Source: an uncultured archaeon (GTDB taxonomy: Archaea > Asgardarchaeota > Thorarchaeia > Thorarchaeales > Thorarchaeaceae). From it: a stretch of DNA of 42,867 bases. The notes under the pieces were generated by a model, which saw only the letters and a program-made list of their open reading frames with translations, made no database searches and was not told the origin of the DNA. The stretch spans positions 1 to 42,867 of the forward strand of contig CAYYQL010000021.1 of the NCBI GenBank assembly GCA_964473825.1, in the 5' to 3' direction. Positions within the stretch are counted from its first letter, which is position 1. Each line of letters opens with the position of its first letter. Positions 9,364-19,542 of this stretch are shown here, piece by piece. A program made the position numbers and the translations under genes.

Positions 9364-10521
9364 CTACTTATTCAAGGGGTGATGACAGGCAACCCAATGC
9401 TGAGGCGATAGCTCTTCAAGAACCGGCTTTTTCTCTTTACAGACATCGGTTGCGTATTCACATCGGGGGTGAAAGCGACAGCCAGTCGGGGGTTCAATCA
9501 GGTTTGGAACACTTCCTGGAATCTGAGGGAAGCGTTCACGCTCCTCATGAAGCTTTGGAACCGCCTTCAGCAATCCCTTGGTATAAGGGTGATATGGGTT
9601 TCCAAAGAGTTCATCGGTTGCAGCGGACTCTACCGTATTACCTGCATACATGACGCTTACCCAAGTGCATGTTTCCGCAACAACTCCAAGATCATGAGTA
9701 ATGATTATGATTGACGAACCAACATCCTTCTTTAAATCGTTCAGGAGTTTGAGAACCTGAGCCTGAACTGTCACATCGAGGGCAGTAGTGGCCTCATCGC
9801 AGATTAAGACGCTGGGATTACACGACAGAGCCATGGCAATTAGTGCTCTCTGTCGCATTCCACCGGAGAGCTCGTGAGGATACTGTTGAGCCACACGTTC
9901 GGGACTCGGCATTCTCACCAATTTCAATACCTCTATAGCCTCACGTTTTGCAGCCTTCTCGAGATCTTTCTTGTCCGGCTTGGGAGGTTCATCTAGCTGC
10001 GACTGATAATGTTGAATCTTTTGCTCAATCTTGCTGCGCCGTTCATCAGATTCAGTACTCTCAAGAGACTTCTCCAAGTCCTCAATCTTCATCTCAAGCA
10101 CTTCACGAGAGAGATCCTGATGTATCTTGATGACTTCTGCAATCTGATTTCCTATGCGGAAGACAGGATTTGGAAAGGTAGCAGGATCCTGAAAGACTAT
10201 GGCAATCTTTCTGCCACGTACTTTCAGCATCTCTTCAGGTTCCAAGTCGAGAAGTGATATCTCGGTGACCTCTTCGGTTTCTTCGTCACGGTCATAAAGC
10301 ACAACTGAACCTTCCTCGATCACGCCGGGAGGTTCCACGATTCTGAGTATAGAACGAGCCGTGACAGATTTTCCGCAGCCTGTCTCTCCCACAAGCCCCA
10401 TAGTATCTCCACGTCTTAGGAAAAGGTCAACACCGTCAAGTGCAAGCACGGTGCCCTCATAGGTATAGAAGTTTGTCTTCAGACCCTGCACGTTGAGAAC
10501 CAAGTCTTCGGGTAATGTCAT
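9364..10521 (-). CDS. oppD: Oligopeptide ABC transporter ATP-binding protein OppD/DppD with a ~50-aa charged insertion
   Basis: GETGCGKS, YPHELSGGMRQR, DEATTALD and GCRFHPRC; start MTLPEDL at 10521, after GGAGG. Confidence 0.93.
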   Translation of the reverse strand: MTLPEDLVLNVQGLKTNFYTYEGTVLALDGVDLFLRRGDTMGLVGETGCGKSVTARSILRIVEPPGVIEEGSVVLYDRDEETEEVTEISLLDLEPEEMLKVRGRKIAIVFQDPATFPNPVFRIGNQIAEVIKIHQDLSREVLEMKIEDLEKSLESTESDERRSKIEQKIQHYQSQLDEPPKPDKKDLEKAAKREAIEVLKLVRMPSPERVAQQYPHELSGGMRQRALIAMALSCNPSVLICDEATTALDVTVQAQVLKLLNDLKKDVGSSIIIITHDLGVVAETCTWVSVMYAGNTVESAATDELFGNPYHPYTKGLLKAVPKLHEERERFPQIPGSVPNLIEPPTGCRFHPRCEYATDVCKEKKPVLEELSPQHWVACHHPLNK

Positions 10522-10525
10522 CTTG

Positions 10526-11854
10526 CTATCGCCTCCGTAGCTTCGGGTCAAGTATGTCACGTATACCGTCTCCCACGAGATTGAAGGCCAATGACACAAG
10601 AAGAATAGCCATGCCTGGGAAGAAGACAGGCCAAACATTGGACGTGAAGTATAACTGTCCGATTGATATCATGTATCCCCACTCAGCAACTCCAGCAGGA
10701 GGACCGAACCCGATGAATGCCAGACCCGCAGCTGTAAGTAGAACTGCACCCGTATCCATCGTGGCCTGGACAATCAGAGGTTGGATGGTATTAGGAATGA
10801 TGTGGAACAGTATTATTCTACTGTCCCGAGCCCCAACTGACCGGGCAGCCTCGACATAGAGCTTCTCTCGTTCGGATAAGACCTGCCCTCGAACAAGGCG
10901 AGCGTATGTGGGCCACCATGTGACAATAAGAGCTATAGCTATGCTATCCATGTTTCTCTGACCAACAGCCATGACAATTGCCATTGCAAGAACGAGTCCA
11001 GGGAATGCAAAGAATATGTCAGTCACTCGCATGACCAGTTCATCGAGTATTCCACCAAAATACCCTGCAATAGCCCCGATAAGCACACCCACAATCACAG
11101 CAACGGCCACAACACTGATCGAAATCCTGAGGTCTAACTGAGCCGCCCAGAGTATGCGGCTGAATATGTCGCCACCTGTATCATCCGTACCCCAGTAGTG
11201 GATAGGGGCATTTGGTAGCGTGCTGGGCGACATAGGAGGGAGATTCGAGTCGGCCCAGATTCTCTCCTCGGGGCCATAGGGTGCAAGCCAAGGAGCAGCG
11301 AATGCTAAGAAGACGAATGCTACAATGATAATCAGGCCGACAACCACCAGTGGGCTCTTCTTGACCAGATACAGACCATGACGAAGCTCCTTGATTCTGG
11401 GGGTCATATCTTCTCGGAAGCTCGGAAACCAGAATGACCTTATCTCAGGATGAAACAATAATACAATTGGAACAAGGGCAAAGATGAGAAAGGCGAGTGA
11501 CAGCGGATAGGGCAGAGTCAGATTGACAACTGTTAGAATGCTGTTGACATATAGGCACGTGGAAAAGGGCCAGAGTTCACTCTCAAGGATGTTGGTTCCA
11601 ATGCTTACCCCAATCAGCCCCAGAACGAGTGAAATAAGCCCTTGGATGAACCATGAAGAATATGTGGCACTGATTGGTATGCCGAGAAGTCCTTGAAAGA
11701 AAGCCACAATCTGAGACACAATTACGATTCCACCAAAGATTATGGCAGCTCCAGCAAAGACCAATTCAAACAGACTCAATAGCTGGATCCATCGAGTCGA
11801 GCTGGTCTGGGTGGTAGTTGCTGTCTGGTTTGTCGTTGAAGTTCCTGAGGTCAT
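10526..11854 (-). CDS. oppC: Oligopeptide ABC permease OppC/DppC with an N-terminal multi-TM extension
   Basis: HYWGTDDTGGDIFSR, EAA loop YVEAARSVGA and GDGIRDILDP; ATG 11854 follows the oppB stop. Confidence 0.92.
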   Translation of the reverse strand: MTSGTSTTNQTATTTQTSSTRWIQLLSLFELVFAGAAIIFGGIVIVSQIVAFFQGLLGIPISATYSSWFIQGLISLVLGLIGVSIGTNILESELWPFSTCLYVNSILTVVNLTLPYPLSLAFLIFALVPIVLLFHPEIRSFWFPSFREDMTPRIKELRHGLYLVKKSPLVVVGLIIIVAFVFLAFAAPWLAPYGPEERIWADSNLPPMSPSTLPNAPIHYWGTDDTGGDIFSRILWAAQLDLRISISVVAVAVIVGVLIGAIAGYFGGILDELVMRVTDIFFAFPGLVLAMAIVMAVGQRNMDSIAIALIVTWWPTYARLVRGQVLSEREKLYVEAARSVGARDSRIILFHIIPNTIQPLIVQATMDTGAVLLTAAGLAFIGFGPPAGVAEWGYMISIGQLYFTSNVWPVFFPGMAILLVSLAFNLVGDGIRDILDPKLRRR

Positions 11855-11864
11855 TTCTGATCGC

Positions 11865-12899
11865 CTATCCATATCTAATGCGTGGATCCAGAGCACCATA
11901 GACAAGGTCAACAAGGAGATTGGCTGAAACAAAGATGAGAGCAACCAGCAGTGTGAACCCTGTAATAGCAGCCATATCAGAAGTGAGAATAGCACCAACA
12001 GCCCATTTTCCCAATCCCGGCCAGCTGAATATAGTTTCTGTCAACACCGCACCTGAAATCAAGCTTCCGAAGGCGAGACCAATCACAGTGACTGTTGGAA
12101 TTAGTGCATTCCTGAGGGCATGCTTGTATATCACAACTCTTTCTGACAGACCCTTGGACCTAGCCAAAGTAATGTAATCCTCCCTCATTATCTCTAGCAT
12201 ACTCGACCGCATCATTCGCGTTATGATCGCCAAAGTGAGATAAGCAAGACAGAAGGCAGGCATTACAAGGTGAAGCAAGCCATTGATGAACAATCTGAAA
12301 TCTGCATGGAAGATGAGGGCATCAAAGAGCAAGAAGCCCGTGACATAGTCGAAATTCCTAAATGAAACAGTGTCGTATCTCTTGTCCCCTGGAAGGTGTG
12401 GGAGGCCATTTATAGCCAACTGATAGAAAAACACGTATTTTAGCATCAGGGCGAACCAGAAGATGGGCATTGACACACCCATCAAGGAGAAGACTCTCGT
12501 CACATGATCAACCGCTTCATCCTTTCGCGTTGCAGAGATGATCCCCAATGGTATGCCCAGAATAATGGCTATGACCATCGCGTATAATGCGAGCTCTATT
12601 GTGGCCGGAAACTTCTTCGAAATAACTTCGAGCACAGGATTGAAACTGGCGGAAGTACTAATGCCCCAATCACCCCGAAAGAGAGCCGACATATACAAAA
12701 AGTACTGGACGTACAGAGGCTGATCGAAGCCGTGTGTTGCTATTATTGCATCGTATGCGTCTCGCGGTGTGTTCTCATTGATATACATTGCAACGGGATT
12801 CCCTATCACGTAAGAAAGGAACCACACGATAGTAATCACGCCAAAAATAACTGGGATAGCAAGAATCACTCTTCTGATAATGAAATCTCTTAATTTCAT
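11865..12899 (-). CDS. oppB: Oligopeptide ABC permease OppB/DppB
   Basis: DYITLARSKGL, HALRNALIP, ETIFSWPGLG and LDPRIR. Confidence 0.95.
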   Translation of the reverse strand: MKLRDFIIRRVILAIPVIFGVITIVWFLSYVIGNPVAMYINENTPRDAYDAIIATHGFDQPLYVQYFLYMSALFRGDWGISTSASFNPVLEVISKKFPATIELALYAMVIAIILGIPLGIISATRKDEAVDHVTRVFSLMGVSMPIFWFALMLKYVFFYQLAINGLPHLPGDKRYDTVSFRNFDYVTGFLLFDALIFHADFRLFINGLLHLVMPAFCLAYLTLAIITRMMRSSMLEIMREDYITLARSKGLSERVVIYKHALRNALIPTVTVIGLAFGSLISGAVLTETIFSWPGLGKWAVGAILTSDMAAITGFTLLVALIFVSANLLVDLVYGALDPRIRYG

Positions 12900-13202
12900 T
12901 GTTTAGCCTCTCCAAGCAGATGGGGGTAGTACATCTCGCCAGAGCAGATTCGTCAAGTACCGGTAAATGCTAAGCCACTTCAAACTCTACTTAAACATTT
13001 GGTTCAGAGCTGGCGAATAGGTGTGTTCTATTGACAAGGGCAATCTGCAATCAGCAAACTTGACCTGAAGGCATTTGATGCATATGATGCACAAGCTATA
13101 TTAGAACCAATCATTTCTAAGCATATATCGCGACTTCAATTGTAATTGGATATTTGCCTCTCTCCGAGGCGTATCCAAGACGCGAAAGAAGGAGGTTATT
13201 CA

Positions 13203-15065
13203 ATGGAGAGAAACCAACTACTAGCTATCGTCGTCGTTGTGGTTATTGTTGGCGCAGCAGGTGCATATATCCTGTTGCAGCCTACTCCTCCGACCGAGCA
13301 GACTATTGTGTGGGAAACGATTGGGAACCCCAATTATATGGACCCACATGTCAACTACGAGTCTTTCGGTTCGTGGATCCACTACAACGTCTACGAGACG
13401 CTCTATACATACGAATGGGATAGCATGGCAACGGAACCTACCCAACCGCTGCTGGCTACAGACCTGACGATTTCAGGTGATGGAAAAACCTACACGTTCG
13501 AACTCAGAGAAGGTGTTACTTTTCACGATGGCACACCGTTCAACGCCTCGTCTGTGAAGTACAACTTCGAACGAGTGCTAGCCGTCTTTGACCCTGGTGG
13601 TCCTGCATACATGATATCTGGACCCATCAAGGGTGGTTCAGCCATCGAAGATGCAGTCTATGGTTACGGAGCTGGCAGTGACCAGCATGTCGGTAACTAC
13701 ACAGCATGGAAAGCTGCTAACGATGCAGGTACAGGTGCCATCAATGTTGTTGATGACTACACAATAGAAATCGTGCTCGAGTATCCATATGCTCCATTCT
13801 TGCCAATCATCACCTATGCAGTCGGTGCTATCATAAGCCCGACTTTCATCGAGGCGAATGGCGGGATTGAGATTGGATCTCACAACGAGGTTCTTGACGA
13901 GGAAACCTGCGGTACAGGGCCGTACATGGTCACTGAGTGGGAGATCGATGATCACATCACTCTTGAGCTGTACGACAACTACTGGAGAGAAGCTGACGCA
14001 AGAGCACAGTTCCCCTTTGCAGGGGCAGCCGAGACAATAATCATCAACACAGTTGACGATGTCAACAGCAGAATCCTGAACATCGAGGCAGGAGTCTCTG
14101 ATGGTACTTACTGGCCTACCAGCCACGCAGACCAAGTCTACGACAACGAATCAACGACACCTGCGTTCGAGAACAACGATGGTACAATCCAGAGCACTAA
14201 TCCAAACCTGAAGGTCTGGGCCAAATACCCGACATATACTCTAGCTTCGATTCACTTCCTCCTGTCCGAAACCTATGAGGTGGGAGGCAATGTCTTGAAG
14301 AATCCGTTCTATCTGAAGGATCTGAGGCAGGCAGCAAGCTATGCCTTTGATTACGACACATATATCGACAATGTCGTGAACGGACACGGAGTGAAGGGAC
14401 AAGGACCCATACCAATCGGCATGTTCGGCCATGATGACGACGCGTTCCAGTATCCCTATGACATCGACACAGCCGTAGACAAGTGGAACGATGCCATGAC
14501 TGCGGGTCTTGATGACATCCTGGAGAATTGCTCGTACACGATCGATCTCTTCTTCAACGAAGGGAACGAGGTGCGACGCAAGGGCATGCTGCTCCTGAAG
14601 GATGGTTTACACGCCATTCTCAACTCAACAGCGGCTGAATTGCCTGCTGAAGACTTGATAATCAATGTTCAGGGAGTGGAGTGGTCAAGCTACATCGGCC
14701 GTCTGGTTGCCGGCAACATGCAGTCATTCATGATCGGCTGGGCTCCGGACTATGCAGACCCATCGAACTTCATCGCACCCTATGTCCACAGTACTGGCAC
14801 CTTTTCAGGGTTCCAGCACATCTCGGAGTCACCGGGTTGGAATGCGACAGCAATGGATGCCAAGATAAAGGACGCGGCGAGGTCGACCGATGCGTCTGAG
14901 CGGATAACTCTCTACGAGGAAATCCAGGATGCTATCATTGTCCACGCAGCGTATATCTGGGTCTATCAGCCAACGGTGTTCCATGTCGAACGGGTCGAGA
15001 TGAACGGCTATCAGTTCAATCCGATGCATGATGTCTACTTCTATCATTACTGGAAGTCGGCGTAG
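13203..15065 (+). CDS. oppA: Oligopeptide ABC substrate-binding protein (SBP family 5) with N-terminal membrane anchor
   Basis: YTFELREGVTFHDGTPFNA, GTGPY and GWAPDYADP; AAGGAGGT RBS before ATG 13203. Confidence 0.93.
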   Translation: MERNQLLAIVVVVVIVGAAGAYILLQPTPPTEQTIVWETIGNPNYMDPHVNYESFGSWIHYNVYETLYTYEWDSMATEPTQPLLATDLTISGDGKTYTFELREGVTFHDGTPFNASSVKYNFERVLAVFDPGGPAYMISGPIKGGSAIEDAVYGYGAGSDQHVGNYTAWKAANDAGTGAINVVDDYTIEIVLEYPYAPFLPIITYAVGAIISPTFIEANGGIEIGSHNEVLDEETCGTGPYMVTEWEIDDHITLELYDNYWREADARAQFPFAGAAETIIINTVDDVNSRILNIEAGVSDGTYWPTSHADQVYDNESTTPAFENNDGTIQSTNPNLKVWAKYPTYTLASIHFLLSETYEVGGNVLKNPFYLKDLRQAASYAFDYDTYIDNVVNGHGVKGQGPIPIGMFGHDDDAFQYPYDIDTAVDKWNDAMTAGLDDILENCSYTIDLFFNEGNEVRRKGMLLLKDGLHAILNSTAAELPAEDLIINVQGVEWSSYIGRLVAGNMQSFMIGWAPDYADPSNFIAPYVHSTGTFSGFQHISESPGWNATAMDAKIKDAARSTDASERITLYEEIQDAIIVHAAYIWVYQPTVFHVERVEMNGYQFNPMHDVYFYHYWKSA

Positions 15066-15094
15066 TCATTCGTGATGTAGACTAGTTCAAAACC

Positions 15095-15130
15095 GCAGAG
15101 GGCGCGACCCTCTGCCCTGTTCTATTTTTC
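15095..15130 (+). terminator. Hairpin plus T-rich tract after oppA
   Basis: GCAGAGGG-CGCGA-CCCTCTGC followed by CCTGTTCTATTTTTC. Confidence 0.65.
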
Positions 15131-15266
15131 TGATTCTTCTGTCGCAGCCTTAGCATCACATGACGCATTCCAAGGTGCCCCCTTGCGCAGGTGACATTGT
15201 TTAATACCAAAACACCACAAGGACTTGCCGGGTGGTCTTCTGATGCATGCTGACAACAGGCCCCAA

Positions 15267-16103
15267 ATGGCATCCATGAACATACAGGACATGTTTGGTC
15301 TATGGTGGGATGTACCGTGGGTACGTTATCTAGTCCTGTCACTGCTGCCCATCGGGGTCATAGATGCTTATTACACCCATCTCCTTTTGGCCACATACGG
15401 CCCAGAATACGAGTATAACCCACTGGTACGATTAGCATTCATACATAATATGGGAATCGTCTGGGGTATTGTCAACATTGCATCATTTGCCCTGTTCACG
15501 ATGCTCGTCGGATCTTATTATCTGTACACACGGGGAAACATCTCGGCGAACAAAACTCAGTACCTTTCACTATTGCTCTGTGTGAGGATCGGCATCGCCA
15601 TATACAATGTGTTTGTGTTCTATTGGGTCTACGAGGCCCCATTCTTCGCAGCCACAGGAGGGACTCTCTCTTATGTCGCGATAAGTGTTCTTATGAACAG
15701 AGACAACGATGTATCAATCAAAGGGTTCAAGAGGTACTTCAGAGCGAAATATGACAGACTTCACGATAAAATCCTCACATGGGGATTAGAAGACACCTCT
15801 GTAAAGGATTTGAAACCTTTGAAGAGCAACGAAAAAGAACCGAAATCCTCAAGGTCATTGACAAGGCGCATTGCGTATATACTGATTGCAATCGGCCTGT
15901 TCGTTAGTTTCCCGTTCGTTTTGACGTACATCGCAGAGTTTACCGGAGCAGCAGCTTGGACAGAGATGTATGGGGACTTATTCTACTGGAACTACCTTTC
16001 GGCACCGACATTCATGATGGGGTTCTTTGTAGTCATTGTCGTTGTTGGTATGGTGCTTTATCTGCTGCTCAGGGCATTTGACACGAGTGAAGGCGCATGG
16101 TGA
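15267..16103 (+). CDS. Membrane protein with a DUF5658-like N-terminal domain; start uncertain (15225-15291)
   Basis: D..T...L...G..YEYNPL motif and about seven hydrophobic helices. Confidence 0.65.
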   Translation: MASMNIQDMFGLWWDVPWVRYLVLSLLPIGVIDAYYTHLLLATYGPEYEYNPLVRLAFIHNMGIVWGIVNIASFALFTMLVGSYYLYTRGNISANKTQYLSLLLCVRIGIAIYNVFVFYWVYEAPFFAATGGTLSYVAISVLMNRDNDVSIKGFKRYFRAKYDRLHDKILTWGLEDTSVKDLKPLKSNEKEPKSSRSLTRRIAYILIAIGLFVSFPFVLTYIAEFTGAAAWTEMYGDLFYWNYLSAPTFMMGFFVVIVVVGMVLYLLLRAFDTSEGAW

Positions 16104-16417
16104 TTTCATACAAGGGACAGTCTTACAGTGGAAGCGTGGTTGCACATCTAGCTCACTGTGAGCATTCCCGACGCTCTCATAATGATTTCAGTTCTCCCAT
16201 GTCTAGGCAGTTGAGAAGTGGAATACATTCGGCTGCTGTACGCCCTCATTTGGATGAATAGAAAACGAATCACTTTCATATTCCCTTCTCAGGTTTGCCT
16301 TACTGATTCTTTCCGTCAGTTATAGCGACTGTCAAATCATAGTAAGAAGCTGGTGCGAAGTGTAATGACTGATCAACTGTGCTCAGGACCAGAGGAGTTA
16401 GCAGAACTGTGATAACG

Positions 16418-17494
16418 CTAGAGAAGATCTGAAGGATCAACACCGCGGGAGAGGGCCTTCTCAGTCATCCATTCAATGAGATCGCTCGGAGGCTCCATCG
16501 CATGCCCCTCTCTGTCCACAAGTGCAAGGGCCTGTTCAGGGCATGTAATCGCACAGACTCCGCAACCAACGCATAAGTCTGGCTGTAACAGAACGGTATC
16601 ATCAGGCACTGAGAGGGCGTGAAACTGGCAGCGATCAACACAAGTCGCACATCCGATACATGAGTCAGAGTCCACTGAGATGATGTAGTCAGATTTTACA
16701 TATGCATGAGGTTGACCGGAAACTGATACACCTCGTAGCACATTACAGCAGCAAGTACAACAATTACAGATGTAGTTCTGGCCGTCAGCGATGTTCATGG
16801 TGCAATGGACGAGTCCGGCCTCTTCGGCCTCTCTCAACTTCTCAAGAGCTTCTTGCTTTGTTATTGGTTTCGTGAGATGCGAATCGTCAAAAGCATGCTC
16901 AGTCTTGGCGAATATGATACAGACCGAAGAAGGATAACTGCATTTGTTACCAAGGAGCTCCTGTTGTTTCTTGCATATGCACTCCCGTATCCCCCAAGAT
17001 TCCGCTTTTTCAATCAGATCCTCTGCAACCTGATATGGCTTTATCTCAAGCTCGGTCTGAACCGCTTGGTTTATCGGAATGATCCTGAAGATGGCAGGCT
17101 CCGTATCGAATAGTCCCTTGCCCCCACCCTTCACAAAATAGTCCTCAGCGAGCTCTGCGAATCGCTCGTCCATTCGGTCCAACTGCTCTTCATAGATGCC
17201 CACTGCAAAGGGCATGAGAGCATACCGACGACCAGTGCTTGAGTTCCAGACCCTAATCTGTCCCTTCTGGCCCATAGTCTCGAGCAGCTCCAGTAGGCGT
17301 GAGGGGTCCTCTTTGAGCCGGCCAGCCATCTCCTCAACGGTTTCTCCAACGAGCTTCATTCTACTTGCTAAGTCCGCCTCCTCTTCAGAAAAGATCCATT
17401 TCAGAAGATCCAGATGGCTCCCATCATCTACGCTTGTAAACGAATTGGGAATCGTGTCAAGCACAGCAGCGAGGCGTTCCCATGGACTACTCAT
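16418..17494 (-). CDS. 4Fe-4S binding protein (Cys-rich core plus C-terminal dicluster ferredoxin)
   Basis: CIC, ICNCCTCCC and two CxxCxxCxxxC motifs; GGTGA RBS. Confidence 0.88.
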   Translation of the reverse strand: MSSPWERLAAVLDTIPNSFTSVDDGSHLDLLKWIFSEEEADLASRMKLVGETVEEMAGRLKEDPSRLLELLETMGQKGQIRVWNSSTGRRYALMPFAVGIYEEQLDRMDERFAELAEDYFVKGGGKGLFDTEPAIFRIIPINQAVQTELEIKPYQVAEDLIEKAESWGIRECICKKQQELLGNKCSYPSSVCIIFAKTEHAFDDSHLTKPITKQEALEKLREAEEAGLVHCTMNIADGQNYICNCCTCCCNVLRGVSVSGQPHAYVKSDYIISVDSDSCIGCATCVDRCQFHALSVPDDTVLLQPDLCVGCGVCAITCPEQALALVDREGHAMEPPSDLIEWMTEKALSRGVDPSDLL

Positions 17495-17652
17495 TTGTCA
17501 CACACTCACCAATTGTATCAATGTGATCGCGTCAATTTTCCTTATAACCGCTTAGAGTCTAGGGGCCCTGTAAAATAAATCGAGTTCACATGGCTTAGAT
17601 AAAGGAAAACTTGTATGGAGCAACTCAAAACTATCAGAAGAGACCCATTTCG

Positions 17653-17680
17653 TTGTTCACAGAATTCATTTCGTGAACAA
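17653..17680. promoter_or_regulatory. Inverted repeat, possible operator in a divergent intergenic region
   Basis: TTGTTCAC-N12-GTGAACAA with perfect 8-bp arms. Confidence 0.45.
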
Positions 17681-17960
17681 TATGAGAGTTATTTTACAGA
17701 GCCGAGTCTAGCAAACGGAGAGCAATCTGTCCCAATGCCGTCGTCTGCATCCACTTCATCATCGTCTTCACTGGCGTAGAATCAGTTTAGTCGGTCTGTC
17801 TTTTCGAGTAAGCGCAGTGGAACAGCACCACGACGTAAACTCATGAAACCTCCAATGCCTATCAGCTGACGATCGCGCAAGCACTGAATGCAGTTGATCA
17901 AGAACGAAGTATCGCATATCTTAAGTAATCCAGTTACACAATCTGTGGTGGTGAAGCAAG

Positions 17961-19511
17961 ATGTGTCGGCGATTCAGTCAAATTGTGATGCTTCTGCTGC
18001 TATGTTCCCCGCTCTTCTCTTTTCTACTTCCTGCTATACCGGCTCACGGTGTGGACGAATCAGTGGAGTATGTCATAGCAGAAGAAGTGGTGTTCGTACG
18101 GGGACCAACTGTGAATATGGTGACCAATCACTCAGCGATGATATTCTGCAAGACTGACGGACCCACTAACGTCACTGTGAGATATGGTCTTGACACAGAC
18201 GTTTCGAATGAAATTGACAATACTACCCTAGATACCGTCCACAGAGTAGATTTGACAGGACTCGATATCGATTCGAAATACTACTATCAGGTCGTGGTAA
18301 ACGGTACCGCGAGCGAAAAATATCATTTCCGTACTGAACCACCCGCCGGTGCCTACTTCAAGATGATTGTACTTGGTGACAATCGACCAAGTCAGGAGAC
18401 CGCCCCGGAACAACCAGAGAACTACCAGCAAGTCTTAGACCTCTTGGTCGAAGAGGAGCCGCATATTGTCATCATGACTGGCGACTTCGTGTATCATGTA
18501 TACGAAACCCATGAGACAAATCTGAATGTCTGGCAGAAATTCAGTCAAGTGACAGACACGATCGGTCATTATGCTCCTGTCTATGCAACCATAGGTAATC
18601 ACGACACAGGCAATGGCTGGATGCGCGACTGGTACTTCCTCAGAGCCTTCGAGCAGTATGGCAATGGTTCAACATACTTCTCATTCGATTACGCTGGCGT
18701 CCATTTCACCATGATAGATACAGAGATGGAAGGAGAGGAAGGGAGGATTTTAGGAGACCAATATGAGTGGCTGGTCAATGACCTTTCAAACACCAAACAA
18801 CCGATGAAGTTTGTCTTTGGCCACCGCCCCCTTTACCCGCTGAATCATGTGGAAAACTCGTTGGACGTCAACAAGACCCATCGTAACGAGATTCAGCAGT
18901 TATTCGAAACACATAATGTCACCTTCTATGCTTGTGGTCACGACCATCTCTATAACAGAATGACGGTCAATGACCTAATTCATGTTATTTCTGGCGGTGC
19001 GGGAGCTCCATTGTACTCCACACAATGGGGCGGCGCGTATAACCACTACGCATCTGTTGATGTCACCCATGACCAGCTAAATATTTCGAGCATAGACCTT
19101 GATGGCGAATTGGTGGAGAACTACGTCTATCCATATGACGGCCCAATCGAGATCTTCCTCAGAGAAACTCCCGATGGAGGCTATGAGAGAAACGGAACAG
19201 TCCCACTCATCCTCTTTAGCGAAGTGCCTGAAGAGGTCTACTACTCATGGGATGGCGGAACCAACTCAAGTACGCTAACAGGAGTACCGTCAGTTGCAGG
19301 AGAGCATACACTCGATGTGTACGCGGTCGGGGACAATGGTCTCTGGAGCCACGAACAATATACGTTCATTGCTACACTATGGCCGCCACCCACAACCACA
19401 ACAACAACAACGACTGCACCTCTGATAGATCCACTTCTGATTGCTGGCATTGTCGGAGTGGCAGGTGTTGTAGTGGTCATAGCTGTTGTTCTTAGGTATC
19501 GTAAGAGATAA
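17961..19511 (+). CDS. Exported, membrane-anchored purple acid phosphatase-like metallophosphoesterase
   Basis: Signal peptide, FN3-like N-domain (H.V.LTGL...KYYY), motifs GD, TGD, GNHD, H and GHDH, Thr-rich linker, C-terminal TM helix and RYRKR. Confidence 0.9.
   Translation: MCRRFSQIVMLLLLCSPLFSFLLPAIPAHGVDESVEYVIAEEVVFVRGPTVNMVTNHSAMIFCKTDGPTNVTVRYGLDTDVSNEIDNTTLDTVHRVDLTGLDIDSKYYYQVVVNGTASEKYHFRTEPPAGAYFKMIVLGDNRPSQETAPEQPENYQQVLDLLVEEEPHIVIMTGDFVYHVYETHETNLNVWQKFSQVTDTIGHYAPVYATIGNHDTGNGWMRDWYFLRAFEQYGNGSTYFSFDYAGVHFTMIDTEMEGEEGRILGDQYEWLVNDLSNTKQPMKFVFGHRPLYPLNHVENSLDVNKTHRNEIQQLFETHNVTFYACGHDHLYNRMTVNDLIHVISGGAGAPLYSTQWGGAYNHYASVDVTHDQLNISSIDLDGELVENYVYPYDGPIEIFLRETPDGGYERNGTVPLILFSEVPEEVYYSWDGGTNSSTLTGVPSVAGEHTLDVYAVGDNGLWSHEQYTFIATLWPPPTTTTTTTTAPLIDPLLIAGIVGVAGVVVVIAVVLRYRKR
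19392..19415 (+). repeat. ACN codon run encoding a poly-Thr linker
   Basis: ACAACCACAACAACAACAACGACT. Confidence 0.6.
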
Positions 19512-19542
19512 GGACAGAGGAAGAAAAACGCAGATTGAAGAG

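Noticed and set aside
10522-10638. ORF-track N-terminal extensions of oppD (also oppC, oppA, DinB, the 7677 ORF and the 26202 transcarbamylase)
   Set aside because: The extensions overlap upstream genes or promoters; the downstream ATGs have RBS or TATA support.
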